Origin: Bacteroidota bacterium
GTDB lineage: Bacteria > Bacteroidota > Bacteroidia > Flavobacteriales > Flavobacteriaceae
Direction: 5' to 3'
DNA length: 64,000 bases
Assembly: GCA_031384845.1 (NCBI GenBank)
Contig: JANNBA010000038.1
Coordinates: forward strand, 1,376 to 65,375
The notes beneath the pieces were generated by a model that saw only the letters and a list, made by a program, of their open reading frames with translations, did not search any database and was not told where the DNA came from. This document shows positions 10,101 through 20,079 of the stretch, in pieces. The position numbers and the translations under genes were made by a program. The first letter of the stretch is position 1. Every line of letters begins with the position of its first letter.

Positions 10101-10604
10101 CTTTTTGAGCTGCTGCGTGGTATAATTTCCTTTTAAATTAATGTTTAAAATTGGAACTTCTTCAGAAATATTGAGGTTAAAAACACTTGGCTCTACCTTG
10201 CCACCATTGTCCAAATTGGGCCAATCAGTTTTGGCTTTAGACATATCAACCTTGTCTTTGATGCGTACTTTTGCCTCCTCGATACTCACTTTTTGTTCAA
10301 ACTCAACTATAATCATTCCGTAATCTTGAAACGAACTTGAAGTAACTTTTGTAACGCCTGAAATGTTTTTAAACTGATCTTCAAGGGGTTTGATAACCAA
10401 TTTTTCTACATCTTCTGCGGCATTACCCGGAAAAATGGTCGAAACATAAATTTTATTTTCCAAAATCTCCGGAAAATCCTCACGAGGCATATTGATATAC
10501 GCCATAGTACCCATCACGATGATAATAAAAGTCAGTATATAAACGGTAATTCGGTTATCGACCGCCCAACTTGATATGCTAAAATCTTTGTTTTTGTGTA
10601 ACAT
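7167..10604 (-). CDS. Efflux RND transporter permease (AcrB/HAE1-like)
   Basis: 1145 aa with 12-TM RND architecture and large periplasmic loops. It is the last gene of the tetR-tolC-MFP-RND operon. Confidence 0.9.
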   Translation of the reverse strand: MLHKNKDFSISSWAVDNRITVYILTFIIIVMGTMAYINMPREDFPEILENKIYVSTIFPGNAAEDVEKLVIKPLEDQFKNISGVTKVTSSSFQDYGMIIVEFEQKVSIEEAKVRIKDKVDMSKAKTDWPNLDNGGKVEPSVFNLNISEEVPILNINLKGNYTTQQLKKYGEYLQDEIENVSEVKKVDILGVDDREVEIAIDVFKMSAAQVGFDDIQNAVKYENMTLSGGNLVTQGSRNNIRIVGEISNPADLNNIIVKSFGGNVYLKDIATVSFKEKEKTTFARESGQEVVMLNVKKRAGQNMISAINQVKEIIKKAQENVLPKDLDIKMTNDQSSRVEHQVNELSNHIIFGIILVMIVLMFTMGLRNSLFVGAAIPLSMLMAFAILSAFGFTLNTMVLFGLVMGLGLLVDDGIVVVDNVFANMRKGMNKIEASKIGIGEIAWPVISSTATTLAAFIPLALWPGTVGKFMIYFPITLSCVLGASLFVAMIINAAMTGGFMDTEDRNISKKALKKYTIIFVVSGLLFTIPGNLTNTVWMKAIGHLIILSLGFMWLYHFFIYKWTQDFQHSFFPKLENKYQVFLGKILTTKRAVSALILIVALLIFSVVLLGFFPRNVLFFPNNIPNQAIVYIEFPQGTDISKTNDATLFVEKQVIDIMKKYVENNDNYLSESIVSQVGSGAGNPNIDAGNQSESPYKGKVTVNFTEFNYRKGVDTNLIIEAIRAKVKAFPGVKITVEKDNAGPPSGYPISLQLSGTDYDQMLVEANKVITFINSKNISGIEKLNIDVNKETPELEMKIDRVNAGSLGATTGQVGFTMRRAIYGQEISKYKEGKDDYDIVMRLQEDQRKNESVLFNQPVTFRNQNNGQIIQVPVSALATTEKKYTFNQIKRKNSKRVMTVYSNVLTGANGDAISKQIENALVTSNYKMAGDITYSFSGEQEQQKKDSSFLFGALLLALASITIIIVLQFNSISKTLVIMFTVLLSFSGVFYGYVFASMDFVILMTMMGIIALSGIVVKNGIVLMDFFVLLMDAKVSQNNQKSHDDLSIDEIKDVIIKSGKSRLRPVLLTALTAVLGLIPLAIGLNFDFFGLVTNLNPHLYIGGDNVVFWGPLAWTIIFGLTYATVLTLVMVPVMFFLVKKMKYYLRK

Positions 10605-10683
10605 TATTTTTAATTTATAAATTTAAATAAGCATTTTCAAACCTTTTCGGCAAAAATGACGTTTTTCTAATAACCAAATTTTT

Positions 10684-11823
10684 CTAAAATTTTATTTTTG
10701 CACCTTCAGAAACGGTGTTCAAACCTTCGATAATCACGACATCCGTAGCTTCTATACCACTCAAAATTTCGCTCACGTTATTGGCCGATTGACCAATAGT
10801 TACAGTCGTTTTTTTGGCAATGCCCATTTTTTCGTTGCCGCTTTCTACCAAATACACAAATTTTGATCCGTCTGCATTGGTCAAAACTGCATTTGAAGGC
10901 ACTGTAATTGCTTTATTGTTGGTGTAATCTACAATTTGTAACTTGGCAACCTGATTTGGACGCAACAAATTTTCGGGATTTGGCACGGCAACTTCGATTC
11001 CAAAGCTCCTATTGTTTGGGTTGATGTTGTTTCCAATTTGTCGCACACGACCTTTATAGGTTTTGCCCAAACTAGACAAAGCTACATTCACGAGTGTACC
11101 AACCTTTAGTTTTCCAATATAAGTTTCTGGTATAGATGCACTTACATACATATTAGACAAGTTGACAATACGCATCAATCCTTGCATGCTTGGGGCTACT
11201 ACTTGTCCTCGCTCTACAAAAACTTCGTCTATAACTCCCGCAAATGGTGCTCTGATAAGCGTTTTAGACAACTGCGCTTTCATTTGAAGCACTTGCTTCT
11301 CGGCACCAATCATTTGAGTTTGTGCTTGCAAAAATTGCATTTCCGAACCAATTTTTTGATTCCAAAGATTTTTTTGTCTTTCAAAAGTGGTTTTGGCAAG
11401 GTTGTATTGGTTCTCTATTTGTGCCAATTGCTGACTCATACCGCCATCATCTGTACGACCCAAAATTTGTCCTTTGCCAACCCTTTGACCAGATTTTACA
11501 TTCAATGACACCAAAGTACCTGGCATTTCTGGCTGCACCAATATATTTTCTTTGGTATTGATACTGCCTTGCACCTCCAAAAAATGATTAAAAACAGTGT
11601 CTTTTGCAGTAACTACTGCAACCAGGATTTCTTCTGTTTTCTTGACTTCTAGTGTTGCTAATGCGGCATCGATTTTGGTCAAATCTGCTTCCAATAAATC
11701 ACGTTTGGCTTTGATGTTTTCGAGATTTTTAGACGCCAATAATGTATCAAGATTGCCGCTTTCTTTTTTTGCGCAAGCAAAAAACAATATCGAAATAGTA
11801 GAAAATAGGAAAATTTTTTTCAT
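10684..11823 (-). CDS. Efflux RND periplasmic adaptor (membrane fusion protein)
   Basis: 379 aa with a lipoprotein signal (FFAC) plus coiled-coil, lipoyl and beta-barrel regions. Confidence 0.85.
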   Translation of the reverse strand: MKKIFLFSTISILFFACAKKESGNLDTLLASKNLENIKAKRDLLEADLTKIDAALATLEVKKTEEILVAVVTAKDTVFNHFLEVQGSINTKENILVQPEMPGTLVSLNVKSGQRVGKGQILGRTDDGGMSQQLAQIENQYNLAKTTFERQKNLWNQKIGSEMQFLQAQTQMIGAEKQVLQMKAQLSKTLIRAPFAGVIDEVFVERGQVVAPSMQGLMRIVNLSNMYVSASIPETYIGKLKVGTLVNVALSSLGKTYKGRVRQIGNNINPNNRSFGIEVAVPNPENLLRPNQVAKLQIVDYTNNKAITVPSNAVLTNADGSKFVYLVESGNEKMGIAKKTTVTIGQSANNVSEILSGIEATDVVIIEGLNTVSEGAKIKF

Positions 11824-11870
11824 AATGGTTTGTATTAATTTTTTTGTTTTTTGGATATAATTTTTTGTTT

Positions 11871-13196
11871 TTATGGATTGATTACCCGTTCCAAAGCGGC
11901 TCTTTTGTTGACAACATTTACCATTGATTGCAAATAATTTTGTTGGGTAGCATACAATTGTCGTTGTGCTTCGCTAAATTCAAAACTGGTCGAAAGTCCT
12001 TCTTTAAATTTAATTTGTTGTTTGTTTTCGATTCGCTCTGCAAGTTTCAAATTACTTTTTGCAGTGGCAAATTCTTCTGTACTAAACTCAAAATCGCTTT
12101 TGCATTTTTCAAACTGTAGCTTGATCAATTGTTCGGTTTCAAGCTGTTGGGTTTGGGCTTGCTCATAGGCGATTTTGGCTTGGGCTGTTTTGGCATTTCT
12201 ACCAAAACTACTGAAAATTGGAATGCTCAAACTGGCTCCAAATACAGAGGATCCAAACCATTTTTGGTTGGTGTTTAGAAAGTTGAACGTGTCATAATTT
12301 GCCGTAACACCATAATTCAAAAAAGTTGAAAGTGTAGGCAAAGCTTTGCTTTTTTCTAATTTTAGGAACAGTTTTTTTTGAGTTACCAAGCTGCTCATGA
12401 TTTGATAATCTATATTATTTGTTACCTCAAATGAAGTGCTATTCATTCCGTTTTCAAGATTGGTTTTAGCTAAATTTTCCAAATTTTCAGTCAATTTTAT
12501 TTCGGTTTCTATTGCCAATCCCATATTAATTTTGAGCATTTTGATTGCAATTTCGCGAAGACGGATTACGTTATTCAAGCTGTTTTTTACGGTGGCTAGC
12601 GTAATGGCAATTTGCTCTACACTCTCCTCTTCGGCAAGTCCGTTTTTATAAATTTGACTCACTTCGTTATAATTTTTTTCAAGAATAAGCTTGTTTTGCT
12701 CCAATATTTTGATGCTCTCTTCTGCCAAAAGTACATTTCCATAAGCTGTTGTTAGCGTTTCTTTGATGTCCGCATCGGTTTTTTTCTTTGCATTTTCATA
12801 AATTTGCAAATACACTTTTGAGGCTTGAAGCGCTACAATATACGAACCGTCAAAAATCAATTGGCTCAAAGTGCCACTTGCTTTAAAGTTTTGTTTGGTA
12901 CCAAAAACAAATTCTTCATTAACACCATCGTTATTAAAATCAGCCAGAATAATGGGCTGTTTCAAATAATTTTGATAATCCAATCCCCCATTGATTTGGG
13001 GCAATCCTGTTGCGGTGGTTTCCCACTTTTTTTGTTTTGAAGCTTCAATATCACGCACCGCATTAATCGACTTATAGTTGTTTTGAAGCGCATAGTCTAT
13101 TGCTTGTTGCAAATTATAGGATGCTATTGTTGCTGTTTTTTGGGCAAAAGTGGCGGTACTAAATGCCAAAAGTCCGATAAAAAAAATATTCTTCAT
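11871..13196 (-). CDS. TolC family outer membrane efflux protein
   Basis: 441 aa with a signal peptide and the two-repeat OEP architecture. Confidence 0.85.
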   Translation of the reverse strand: MKNIFFIGLLAFSTATFAQKTATIASYNLQQAIDYALQNNYKSINAVRDIEASKQKKWETTATGLPQINGGLDYQNYLKQPIILADFNNDGVNEEFVFGTKQNFKASGTLSQLIFDGSYIVALQASKVYLQIYENAKKKTDADIKETLTTAYGNVLLAEESIKILEQNKLILEKNYNEVSQIYKNGLAEEESVEQIAITLATVKNSLNNVIRLREIAIKMLKINMGLAIETEIKLTENLENLAKTNLENGMNSTSFEVTNNIDYQIMSSLVTQKKLFLKLEKSKALPTLSTFLNYGVTANYDTFNFLNTNQKWFGSSVFGASLSIPIFSSFGRNAKTAQAKIAYEQAQTQQLETEQLIKLQFEKCKSDFEFSTEEFATAKSNLKLAERIENKQQIKFKEGLSTSFEFSEAQRQLYATQQNYLQSMVNVVNKRAALERVINP

Positions 13197-13792
13197 TATA
13201 TGTTTGGGTTTGCTAATTGATTTTCGAGTTCTTGAATTCCTTTTGGAGTTGCCATGGCGCGCGTATGGTATTCTAATGCTTCTAATTCTAGTTGTAAAAC
13301 TTCTTTTTCGGACACAACACTTCCGTTGATGCTAAAAATTAAGGCATAATAAAACCGAACACAAGTATCTATATTCAAATCTTTGCGGTAGAGTTTTTGG
13401 ACAATCCCTTTTTGAATATTTTGAAAAAAAATCTTGTTGCATTCGCTAGTTTCTCGGTTTATAACTTCTTCATAAATAGAAGGATAGTGTTTTCTTAGTT
13501 GGTATATTGGGGATGTTTCGGATGCTTTAAACATTTCTTTAAACATTTTTCTGATTTCAAAATTTTCAGCAATGGCATTAAAGTTTTGCGCTACAATATC
13601 TGCAATAATCTGATGCACTTCTGTATGAATAGTGGCCGATGCCGCAGCGATTAGCAACTCTTTGTTGTCAAAAAACTTGTAAATGGTTTTTTTAGAAATA
13701 CCCATTTCGGTGGCAATATCGTCCATAGTAACACTCTTAAAACCTAATTTTAAGAACATAGAACTCGCTTTTGAAACAATTTTATCTTTCAT
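13196..13792 (-). CDS. TetR/AcrR family transcriptional regulator
   Basis: 198 aa. N-terminal HTH FLKLGFKSVTMDDIATEMGISKKTIYKFF. The stop overlaps the tolC start by 1 nt (TAATG). Confidence 0.85.
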   Translation of the reverse strand: MKDKIVSKASSMFLKLGFKSVTMDDIATEMGISKKTIYKFFDNKELLIAAASATIHTEVHQIIADIVAQNFNAIAENFEIRKMFKEMFKASETSPIYQLRKHYPSIYEEVINRETSECNKIFFQNIQKGIVQKLYRKDLNIDTCVRFYYALIFSINGSVVSEKEVLQLELEALEYHTRAMATPKGIQELENQLANPNI

Positions 13793-13815
13793 AATATTAA
13801 AAAACAGTGCAAAGA

Positions 13816-13853
13816 TAGTTTGGAAACTTTTAATACCAAAATAGTTTCCAAAG
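13816..13853. promoter_or_regulatory. Inverted repeat, candidate TetR operator
   Basis: agtttggaaact-N14-agtttccaaagt (11/12 complementary) lies 24-60 nt upstream of the tetR start. Confidence 0.45.
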
Positions 13854-13952
13854 TTTTTTATTTTTTTATTTAAAAAAAAACGATAGTTAATATAAAATCT
13901 GCTATTTTTGCTACAAAATCAAGGCTGTAAAGAGGCTTACTTACCAAAAAAA

Positions 13953-14927
13953 ATGCACAGTATATACCAATATCAAGAATTTATATCCAATTATTTGGAG
14001 GATGAATGCCGCACAAAAGAGCCCAAAAATCTCTATGACCCAATTGCCTATATTTTGACTTTGGGAGGCAAACGCATTCGACCTGTTTTAACACTAATGA
14101 CGGCAGAAATTTTTGACTGCAATTATCAAAAAGCGCTTCCGGCGGCATTAGCGATAGAAGTTTTTCATAACTTTTCGTTAGTTCACGACGATATTATGGA
14201 TGATGCGCCCCTTCGTCGAGGCAACCAAACCGTGCACGAAAAATGGAACACAAATACCGCTATTTTGTCTGGAGATGCAATGTTGATTATGGCGTATCAA
14301 TATTTTGAAAAATATGAAGCTACTGTATTTCAGTCTCTAGCCAAGCTTTTTGGAAAAACGGCTATCGAAGTTTGCGAAGGTCAACAATGGGATGTTGATT
14401 TTGAAATTCGTGACGATGTTTTGATTTCAGAGTATCTAAAAATGATCGAATGCAAAACCGCAGTATTGGTGGCTGCCGCCATGAAAATGGGCGCAATTGT
14501 AGCCCAAACAACGACGCAAAATGCTGATTTAGTGTATGATTTTGGGCTCAATTTAGGTCTTGCCTTTCAACTTCAAGACGATTTTTTGGACGCTTTTGGC
14601 AATCCAAAAACATTTGGAAAGCAAGTTGGCGGCGACATTATCGAAAACAAGAAAACGTATCTTTATCTAAAAGCAATTGAATTTGCAAACCCAATTCAAA
14701 AATCACAATTACAGCAACTTTTTTCGATTCATCTTACTGAAAATGAGGCTAAGATTGAAGCCGTGAAAGCCATTTTTGAAGCAACAGGCGCAGCAAGTGC
14801 CACCCAAAAAGCCATTCAAGAATATACCTTGAAAGCATTTGAAACGCTTGCTAAAATCAATATCGAGATCGAAAAAAAGGAGATTTTGCAATCCTTTGGC
14901 GAAAATTTGATGGGCAGAAAAGTATAA
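13953..14927 (+). CDS. Polyprenyl (geranylgeranyl/octaprenyl-type) diphosphate synthase
   Basis: FARM motif LVHDDIMDD and SARM motif FQLQDDFLD. The start was chosen at the MHSIYQ Met. Confidence 0.85.
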   Translation: MHSIYQYQEFISNYLEDECRTKEPKNLYDPIAYILTLGGKRIRPVLTLMTAEIFDCNYQKALPAALAIEVFHNFSLVHDDIMDDAPLRRGNQTVHEKWNTNTAILSGDAMLIMAYQYFEKYEATVFQSLAKLFGKTAIEVCEGQQWDVDFEIRDDVLISEYLKMIECKTAVLVAAAMKMGAIVAQTTTQNADLVYDFGLNLGLAFQLQDDFLDAFGNPKTFGKQVGGDIIENKKTYLYLKAIEFANPIQKSQLQQLFSIHLTENEAKIEAVKAIFEATGAASATQKAIQEYTLKAFETLAKINIEIEKKEILQSFGENLMGRKV

Positions 14928-14966
14928 TTGTATTTTGGTATTATTTTGAATTCTAAACCCAAAAAA

Positions 14967-15317
14967 ATGTTTGTAGCCCCACAATCTGTAGATTTATTAC
15001 TAATCGAAGCCCAAAAGGATTTTTTGTACTCCAAATTAATAGCACAAATTAACAAAGATTTCAACCTAAGCAACGAGCCCATCGACCTGCCAATAACACT
15101 TGTACCTGAGGAGCTCAAACTGCAAATGCAACACAAAATTCACCAACTTATCACACACAAATTTACGGAATATTTAAACCTGCTTTATATCATTGATGTT
15201 CCAGAGGATGCGGTCAAAAAATTAGATGGGTCTGATTTGATTTCGCTTTCAGAGCAAGTTGTTTTTTTGATTTTAAAACGAGAATGGATGAAAATTTGGT
15301 TCCGAAATAATTATTGA
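14967..15317 (+). CDS. Hypothetical protein (conserved-looking, unknown function)
   Basis: ORF immediately following the synthase gene, with no recognisable motif. The start was chosen at MFVAPQ. Confidence 0.45.
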   Translation: MFVAPQSVDLLLIEAQKDFLYSKLIAQINKDFNLSNEPIDLPITLVPEELKLQMQHKIHQLITHKFTEYLNLLYIIDVPEDAVKKLDGSDLISLSEQVVFLILKREWMKIWFRNNY

Positions 15318-15384
15318 CAGCAATAATCACCTGTTTTTTATTTTAAAAAGTCAATCGATATTATATATTTGCCGTTTTTTTACC

Positions 15385-16611
15385 CTAAACCAATTGTTTT
15401 AGGGCAATTTCGAAGGCAGTTGCACTGATGTTCGTTTTAGAAGCACTAATGTCATAGGCGCTTTGAATGGCTTTTTTGATTATTTGCGAAGTATCTTCAA
15501 AAATTGACTCATCGGTCATAAGCACCTTTTTTTCCATAAAATAAGCAAAAACGCGTGCCATGCCACAATTGGAAATAAAATCGGGAATCAAGCTTATTTG
15601 GTTATCTACTTGCTCCATAATTGGGCCAAAAAATATAGCTGTATCCGCAAATGGCACATTGGCTCCGCACGAAATCACTTCGAGACCTGCTGCAATAAGT
15701 TGTTCGATTTGGGGCTGTGTTACAAGTCTTGAGGCGGCGCAAGGTGCAAATATGTGTGCCCCAACTGACCATATTTGTTGGTTTATTTCTTCAAACGACA
15801 TCATATTTGGGGCTACTAATTTGTTGCCGTTTTTGTGTAAGAAAAAAGTTTTTATTTCATCAAACAAAAAACCATCTTGGTTCAAAACGCCTCCGTCACG
15901 ATCTATAATACCCACAATTTTTATACCCATTTCAGACAAATAAAATGCTGCCGCAGCACCCACGTTTCCAAAACCCTGAACAATTGCTTTTTTTCCAACT
16001 AGATCGCCGCCATATATAGTATAATAATGGCGAACCGCTTGTGCAACGCCATAGCCCGTAATCATATCTGCGATAGTATATTTTTGGGTAACATCTGGCG
16101 AAAATTTTGGGTTTTCTATCACTTTCACAACTCCCTGTCGAAGCTGTCCAATTCTATTAATTTTGTCTGCATCGGTGGGTTTAAAATGGCCGTTGAAAAC
16201 ACCTTCTTGTGGATGCCAAACCCCACATTCCTCTGTCATTGGAATTACTTCATGAATTTCGTCAACATTAAGGTCGCCACCAGTACCATAATAGCTTTTT
16301 AATAATGGAGAAACCGCCTTGTACCATCTTTGCAAAACTCCTTTTTTTCGAGGATCTGTTGGGTCAAAATTGATTCCAGATTTTGCGCCACCAATAGCAG
16401 GTCCAGAAACCGTAAATTTGACTTCCATTGTTTTGGCCAAAGAAAGCACCTCGTTGATATCTAGTCCTTTACGCATCCGAGTTCCGCCGCCTGCAGCTCC
16501 ACCACGCAAGGAGTTAATCACAGTCCAGCCTTCGGCATCAGTTTCTGTATCTTTCCAATTGAAAATAATTTCGGGAGCTTTGTTTTCAAATTTTGACAGT
16601 AAGGTTTTCAT
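15385..16611 (-). CDS. Glu/Leu/Phe/Val dehydrogenase family protein (glutamate dehydrogenase-like)
   Basis: Contains GGAAGGGTRMRKG, the catalytic Lys region GPAIGGAKSGI, and the Rossmann motif VQGFGNVGAAAA. The start was chosen at MKTLLSKF. Confidence 0.8.
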   Translation of the reverse strand: MKTLLSKFENKAPEIIFNWKDTETDAEGWTVINSLRGGAAGGGTRMRKGLDINEVLSLAKTMEVKFTVSGPAIGGAKSGINFDPTDPRKKGVLQRWYKAVSPLLKSYYGTGGDLNVDEIHEVIPMTEECGVWHPQEGVFNGHFKPTDADKINRIGQLRQGVVKVIENPKFSPDVTQKYTIADMITGYGVAQAVRHYYTIYGGDLVGKKAIVQGFGNVGAAAAFYLSEMGIKIVGIIDRDGGVLNQDGFLFDEIKTFFLHKNGNKLVAPNMMSFEEINQQIWSVGAHIFAPCAASRLVTQPQIEQLIAAGLEVISCGANVPFADTAIFFGPIMEQVDNQISLIPDFISNCGMARVFAYFMEKKVLMTDESIFEDTSQIIKKAIQSAYDISASKTNISATAFEIALKQLV

Positions 16612-16788
16612 ATTTGGGATCTTATTTTGCAAATATAAAAAATAGTGTTGTTTTTGATTCTTTTTTTTAAACAATAACTTCATTTTGAGTAATTTTTTTG
16701 TGATTTTCATAAAAAACATAACATTATCACTACACGAATTGGTTTTTTAGCTTATTTTTGTAATATAAATTTTATAAAAAACATAATT

Positions 16789-17982
16789 ATGATAGCAATT
16801 GCGCCCAGATTTATATTGATTTGCAGTTTTTTGATGGTAATGGATGGTGTTTTGGCACAGGATATTTTGGTCAATTCGCTCAAAGTTAATGCAAGCGAAA
16901 AAAGCAAGGAGAGTTTTCAATTTTCGGAAATTATTAATTTGGCTACTACTACAGTCAAAAACCAAGGTTCTTCAGGCACTTGTTGGAGCTATTGCACCAA
17001 TTCTTTTTTGGAGTCTGAAATGATTCGTTTGGGCAAAGAGCCGGTAGAATTGTCACAAATTTTTTCTGCAAGAAATGCCTATATCGAAAAGGGCAAAAAC
17101 TATGTCAGAATGCACGGAAGTCTTGCCCTTGGTGATGGTGGTGCGCTTCACGATGTAACTGATATGCTCAAAAAATATGGTGCCGTGCCACAATCTGTAT
17201 ATACGGGATTGAATTATGGTACAAACAAAAATAAATTTTCAGAAATGGCTGCTTTAACTGAAGCGCTGCTTGCTGCGGTGGTCAAAAACCCAAACGGCGA
17301 ACTGACACCTAATTGGCAAAAAGCCTATGCCGCTGTTATAGATTCCTATTTGGGTACTGTGCCAGAAACTTTTGATTTTAAGGGAAAAAGCTACACACCA
17401 CAAACTTTTGCCAAAGAAGTTGTAGGTCTTAATGCAGATGATTATATAGAAATATCTTCTCTTACGGATCATCCGTATTATGAAAAAACAATGATGATGG
17501 TGCCAGATAATTGGTCTTTTGGACAAGTTTATAATGTAAAAATGAACGATATTACAGATATTATTGATCATGCTTTGCAAAATGGTTTTACTGTGGCGTG
17601 GGCTACAGATGTGAGCGAAAAAACTTTTAGCTGGAAAAATGGTGTGGCATATATAGCAACCAAAAAATTTGACGAAATGACCGCAGACGAAAAAGAAACC
17701 CTTTTTAATGGTCCAAAACCAGAATTGGATATTACGCCCGAGTTGCGTCAGGCCAATTTTGACAATTATCAAACTACTGATGATCATGGTATGCACATTG
17801 TAGGTATAGCCAAAGATCAAAATGGAAAACCTTACTATGTTGTCAAAAATTCGTGGGGAGCTACTAATGATTACAAGGGATTTTTGTATGTAACCAAAAA
17901 TTTTGTGAGCCTAAAAACCACTGCTTTTATGGTAAACAAGGCTGGTATTCCGATAGATTTGGCAAAAAAAATGAAATTATAG
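16789..17982 (+). CDS. C1 family peptidase (aminopeptidase C / bleomycin hydrolase-like)
   Basis: Signal peptide, active-site region QGSSGTCWSY, and a C-terminal HGMHIVG...KNSWG. Confidence 0.8.
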   Translation: MIAIAPRFILICSFLMVMDGVLAQDILVNSLKVNASEKSKESFQFSEIINLATTTVKNQGSSGTCWSYCTNSFLESEMIRLGKEPVELSQIFSARNAYIEKGKNYVRMHGSLALGDGGALHDVTDMLKKYGAVPQSVYTGLNYGTNKNKFSEMAALTEALLAAVVKNPNGELTPNWQKAYAAVIDSYLGTVPETFDFKGKSYTPQTFAKEVVGLNADDYIEISSLTDHPYYEKTMMMVPDNWSFGQVYNVKMNDITDIIDHALQNGFTVAWATDVSEKTFSWKNGVAYIATKKFDEMTADEKETLFNGPKPELDITPELRQANFDNYQTTDDHGMHIVGIAKDQNGKPYYVVKNSWGATNDYKGFLYVTKNFVSLKTTAFMVNKAGIPIDLAKKMKL

Positions 17983-18078
17983 AAATAGCGTACTGCCTAT
18001 TTTATAATTTTAAACGGCATTGCAGGTATGATTTTGATTGCCTTTCAAAAAAGAAAAAAAATGTTGTAATTTAGCTTT

Positions 18079-19356
18079 ATGGAAATTCCGTTGGCAGAGC
18101 GCATTAGGCCGCAGTGTTTAGAAGATTATATCAGTCAGTTGCACTTGGTAGGGCCAAAAGGCTCGTTGACCCAACAAATTGAGCGTGGCATTGTGCCAAG
18201 TTTGATTTTGTGGGGACCTCCAGGTACTGGCAAGACGACTTTGGCGCAGTTGATTGCACAAAAATCTGGACGCCCGTTTTATGGTTTGAGTGCCATAAAC
18301 TCTGGGGTTGCGGCAGTTCGCGAGGTGATCGAAAAGGCCAAGGCAAGCGGCGGCATGTTTACAGCAAAAAACCCCATATTGTTTATCGATGAGATTCACC
18401 GCTTTAGCAAATCACAACAAGATTCGTTATTGGCGGCGGTAGAAAAGGGCTGGGTAACGTTGATTGGCGCTACGACCGAGAACCCAAGTTTTGAGGTTAT
18501 TCCGGCATTGTTGTCGCGCTGTCAGGTCTATGTTTTGGAGGCTTTTTCAAAAGTAGATTTAGAATTATTGTTGCAACGTGCAATGACCGTTGATGTTATT
18601 TTGAAAAAAAAACAAATTGAGTTGATAGAAACCGAGGCGTTGTTGCGGCTTTCTGGTGGTGATGGGCGCAAGTTGTTGAATATTTTTGAACTTGTGATCA
18701 ATGCAACTCCGGGTGATGTAGTTCAGATTTTGAACGATACAGTTTTGAAATTGGTGCAACAAAATACGGTTTTGTATGACAAATCTGGCGAGCAGCATTA
18801 TGATATTGTATCGGCTTTTATCAAATCTATTCGAGGTAGCGACCCAAATGCTGCGGTATATTGGCTTGCCAGGATGATTGAAGGCGGCGAGGATGTGAAG
18901 TTTATTGCACGTAGAATGCTCATTTTGTCGAGCGAAGATATTGGCAATGCAAATCCAACGGCTTTTGTGATCGCAAACAACACCTTTCAGGCTGTTGCTA
19001 TGATTGGTTATCCCGAAAGTAGGATTATTTTGAGCCAATGTGCGGTTTATTTGGCTACTTCGCCCAAAAGCAATTCGAGTTATCTTGCGATTGCTGCAGC
19101 ACAAAAATTGGTCAAACAAACTGGAGATTTGCCTGTGCCGCTTGCACTTCGCAATGCGCCTACATCATTGATGAAAGAGTTGGGCTATGGCGAGACTTAT
19201 TTGTATTCGCACGATTTTGAACACAATTTTGTAGATCAATCGTTTTTGCCAGAGGCTATTTCTGGGACAGTTTTGTATAATCCCGGCGAAAATACTCGAG
19301 AAAACGGAACAAGGGATTTTTTGAAAAACCGTTGGAAGAATCGTTATGATTATTAA
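18079..19356 (+). CDS. rarA: Replication-associated recombination protein A (MgsA/RarA AAA+ ATPase)
   Basis: Walker [10 protein letters not shown], Walker [11 protein letters not shown], and the MgsA C-terminal domain ([26 protein letters not shown]). Confidence 0.9.
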   Translation: MEIPLAERIRPQCLEDYISQLHLVGPKGSLTQQIERGIVPSLILWGPPGTGKTTLAQLIAQKSGRPFYGLSAINSGVAAVREVIEKAKASGGMFTAKNPILFIDEIHRFSKSQQDSLLAAVEKGWVTLIGATTENPSFEVIPALLSRCQVYVLEAFSKVDLELLLQRAMTVDVILKKKQIELIETEALLRLSGGDGRKLLNIFELVINATPGDVVQILNDTVLKLVQQNTVLYDKSGEQHYDIVSAFIKSIRGSDPNAAVYWLARMIEGGEDVKFIARRMLILSSEDIGNANPTAFVIANNTFQAVAMIGYPESRIILSQCAVYLATSPKSNSSYLAIAAAQKLVKQTGDLPVPLALRNAPTSLMKELGYGETYLYSHDFEHNFVDQSFLPEAISGTVLYNPGENTRENGTRDFLKNRWKNRYDY

Positions 19357-20036
19357 AAAATATTTTTAAGTGCTAATAAAGTCTCAATTTGAACAACTTC
19401 GATATCTATGGGTTGCTTATTTGGATTGAAAAAAATAGCATCTATTCCAAAACTTATGGCTCCCTTGATGTCTGCATCGATGCAATCCCCAATCATTACG
19501 GCATTATGTTTGTTGGTTTTGGCTTGTGAAAGGGCATATTGATATATGATTGGGCTTGGTTTTTTTTGACCTGCCATTTCAGAGTTGGTTATGGTTTTAA
19601 AATATTTGTGCAAGCCAGAATTCTCTATTTTTTGCTGTTGTACTTGTTCAAATCCATTGGTAATAATATGAAGATTATAATGCAAAAATAAATAATCCAA
19701 AGTGTCTATTGCTCCCTCAAAAAGGTGGTTGCTTCTAGGTAGTAACTCGATATATTTGGTAGCGATTTGATCAATTTTTAGATCTGTAACTTTCCAGTTT
19801 ACTGCATCAAAAGATTGTTTCAATCTGTTGTATCTTAGTTGATTGTGTGTGATTTCATTGTTTTGATATAGTTTCCAGCAAGCTTGATTTATGGGAATAT
19901 AGGCGGTCATAAAATGGGCAATGTTGCATTTTGGAAATTCTTTTTCAAAAATAGTTTCAAAGGCGATATGAGAGTTTCTGTCAAAATCCCATAGGGTGTG
20001 ATCGAGGTCAAAAAAAAGATCTGTTTTGTTGGTCAT
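19353..20036 (-). CDS. HAD-family noncanonical pyrimidine nucleotidase (YjjG-like)
   Basis: HAD motif I FFDLDHTLWDF and motif IV MIGDCIDADIKG. Confidence 0.7.
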   Translation of the reverse strand: MTNKTDLFFDLDHTLWDFDRNSHIAFETIFEKEFPKCNIAHFMTAYIPINQACWKLYQNNEITHNQLRYNRLKQSFDAVNWKVTDLKIDQIATKYIELLPRSNHLFEGAIDTLDYLFLHYNLHIITNGFEQVQQQKIENSGLHKYFKTITNSEMAGQKKPSPIIYQYALSQAKTNKHNAVMIGDCIDADIKGAISFGIDAIFFNPNKQPIDIEVVQIETLLALKNIF

Positions 20037-20079
20037 TATTTTGAAATTTTGGGTTTATAGCCAATGGATATTGTGTTTG

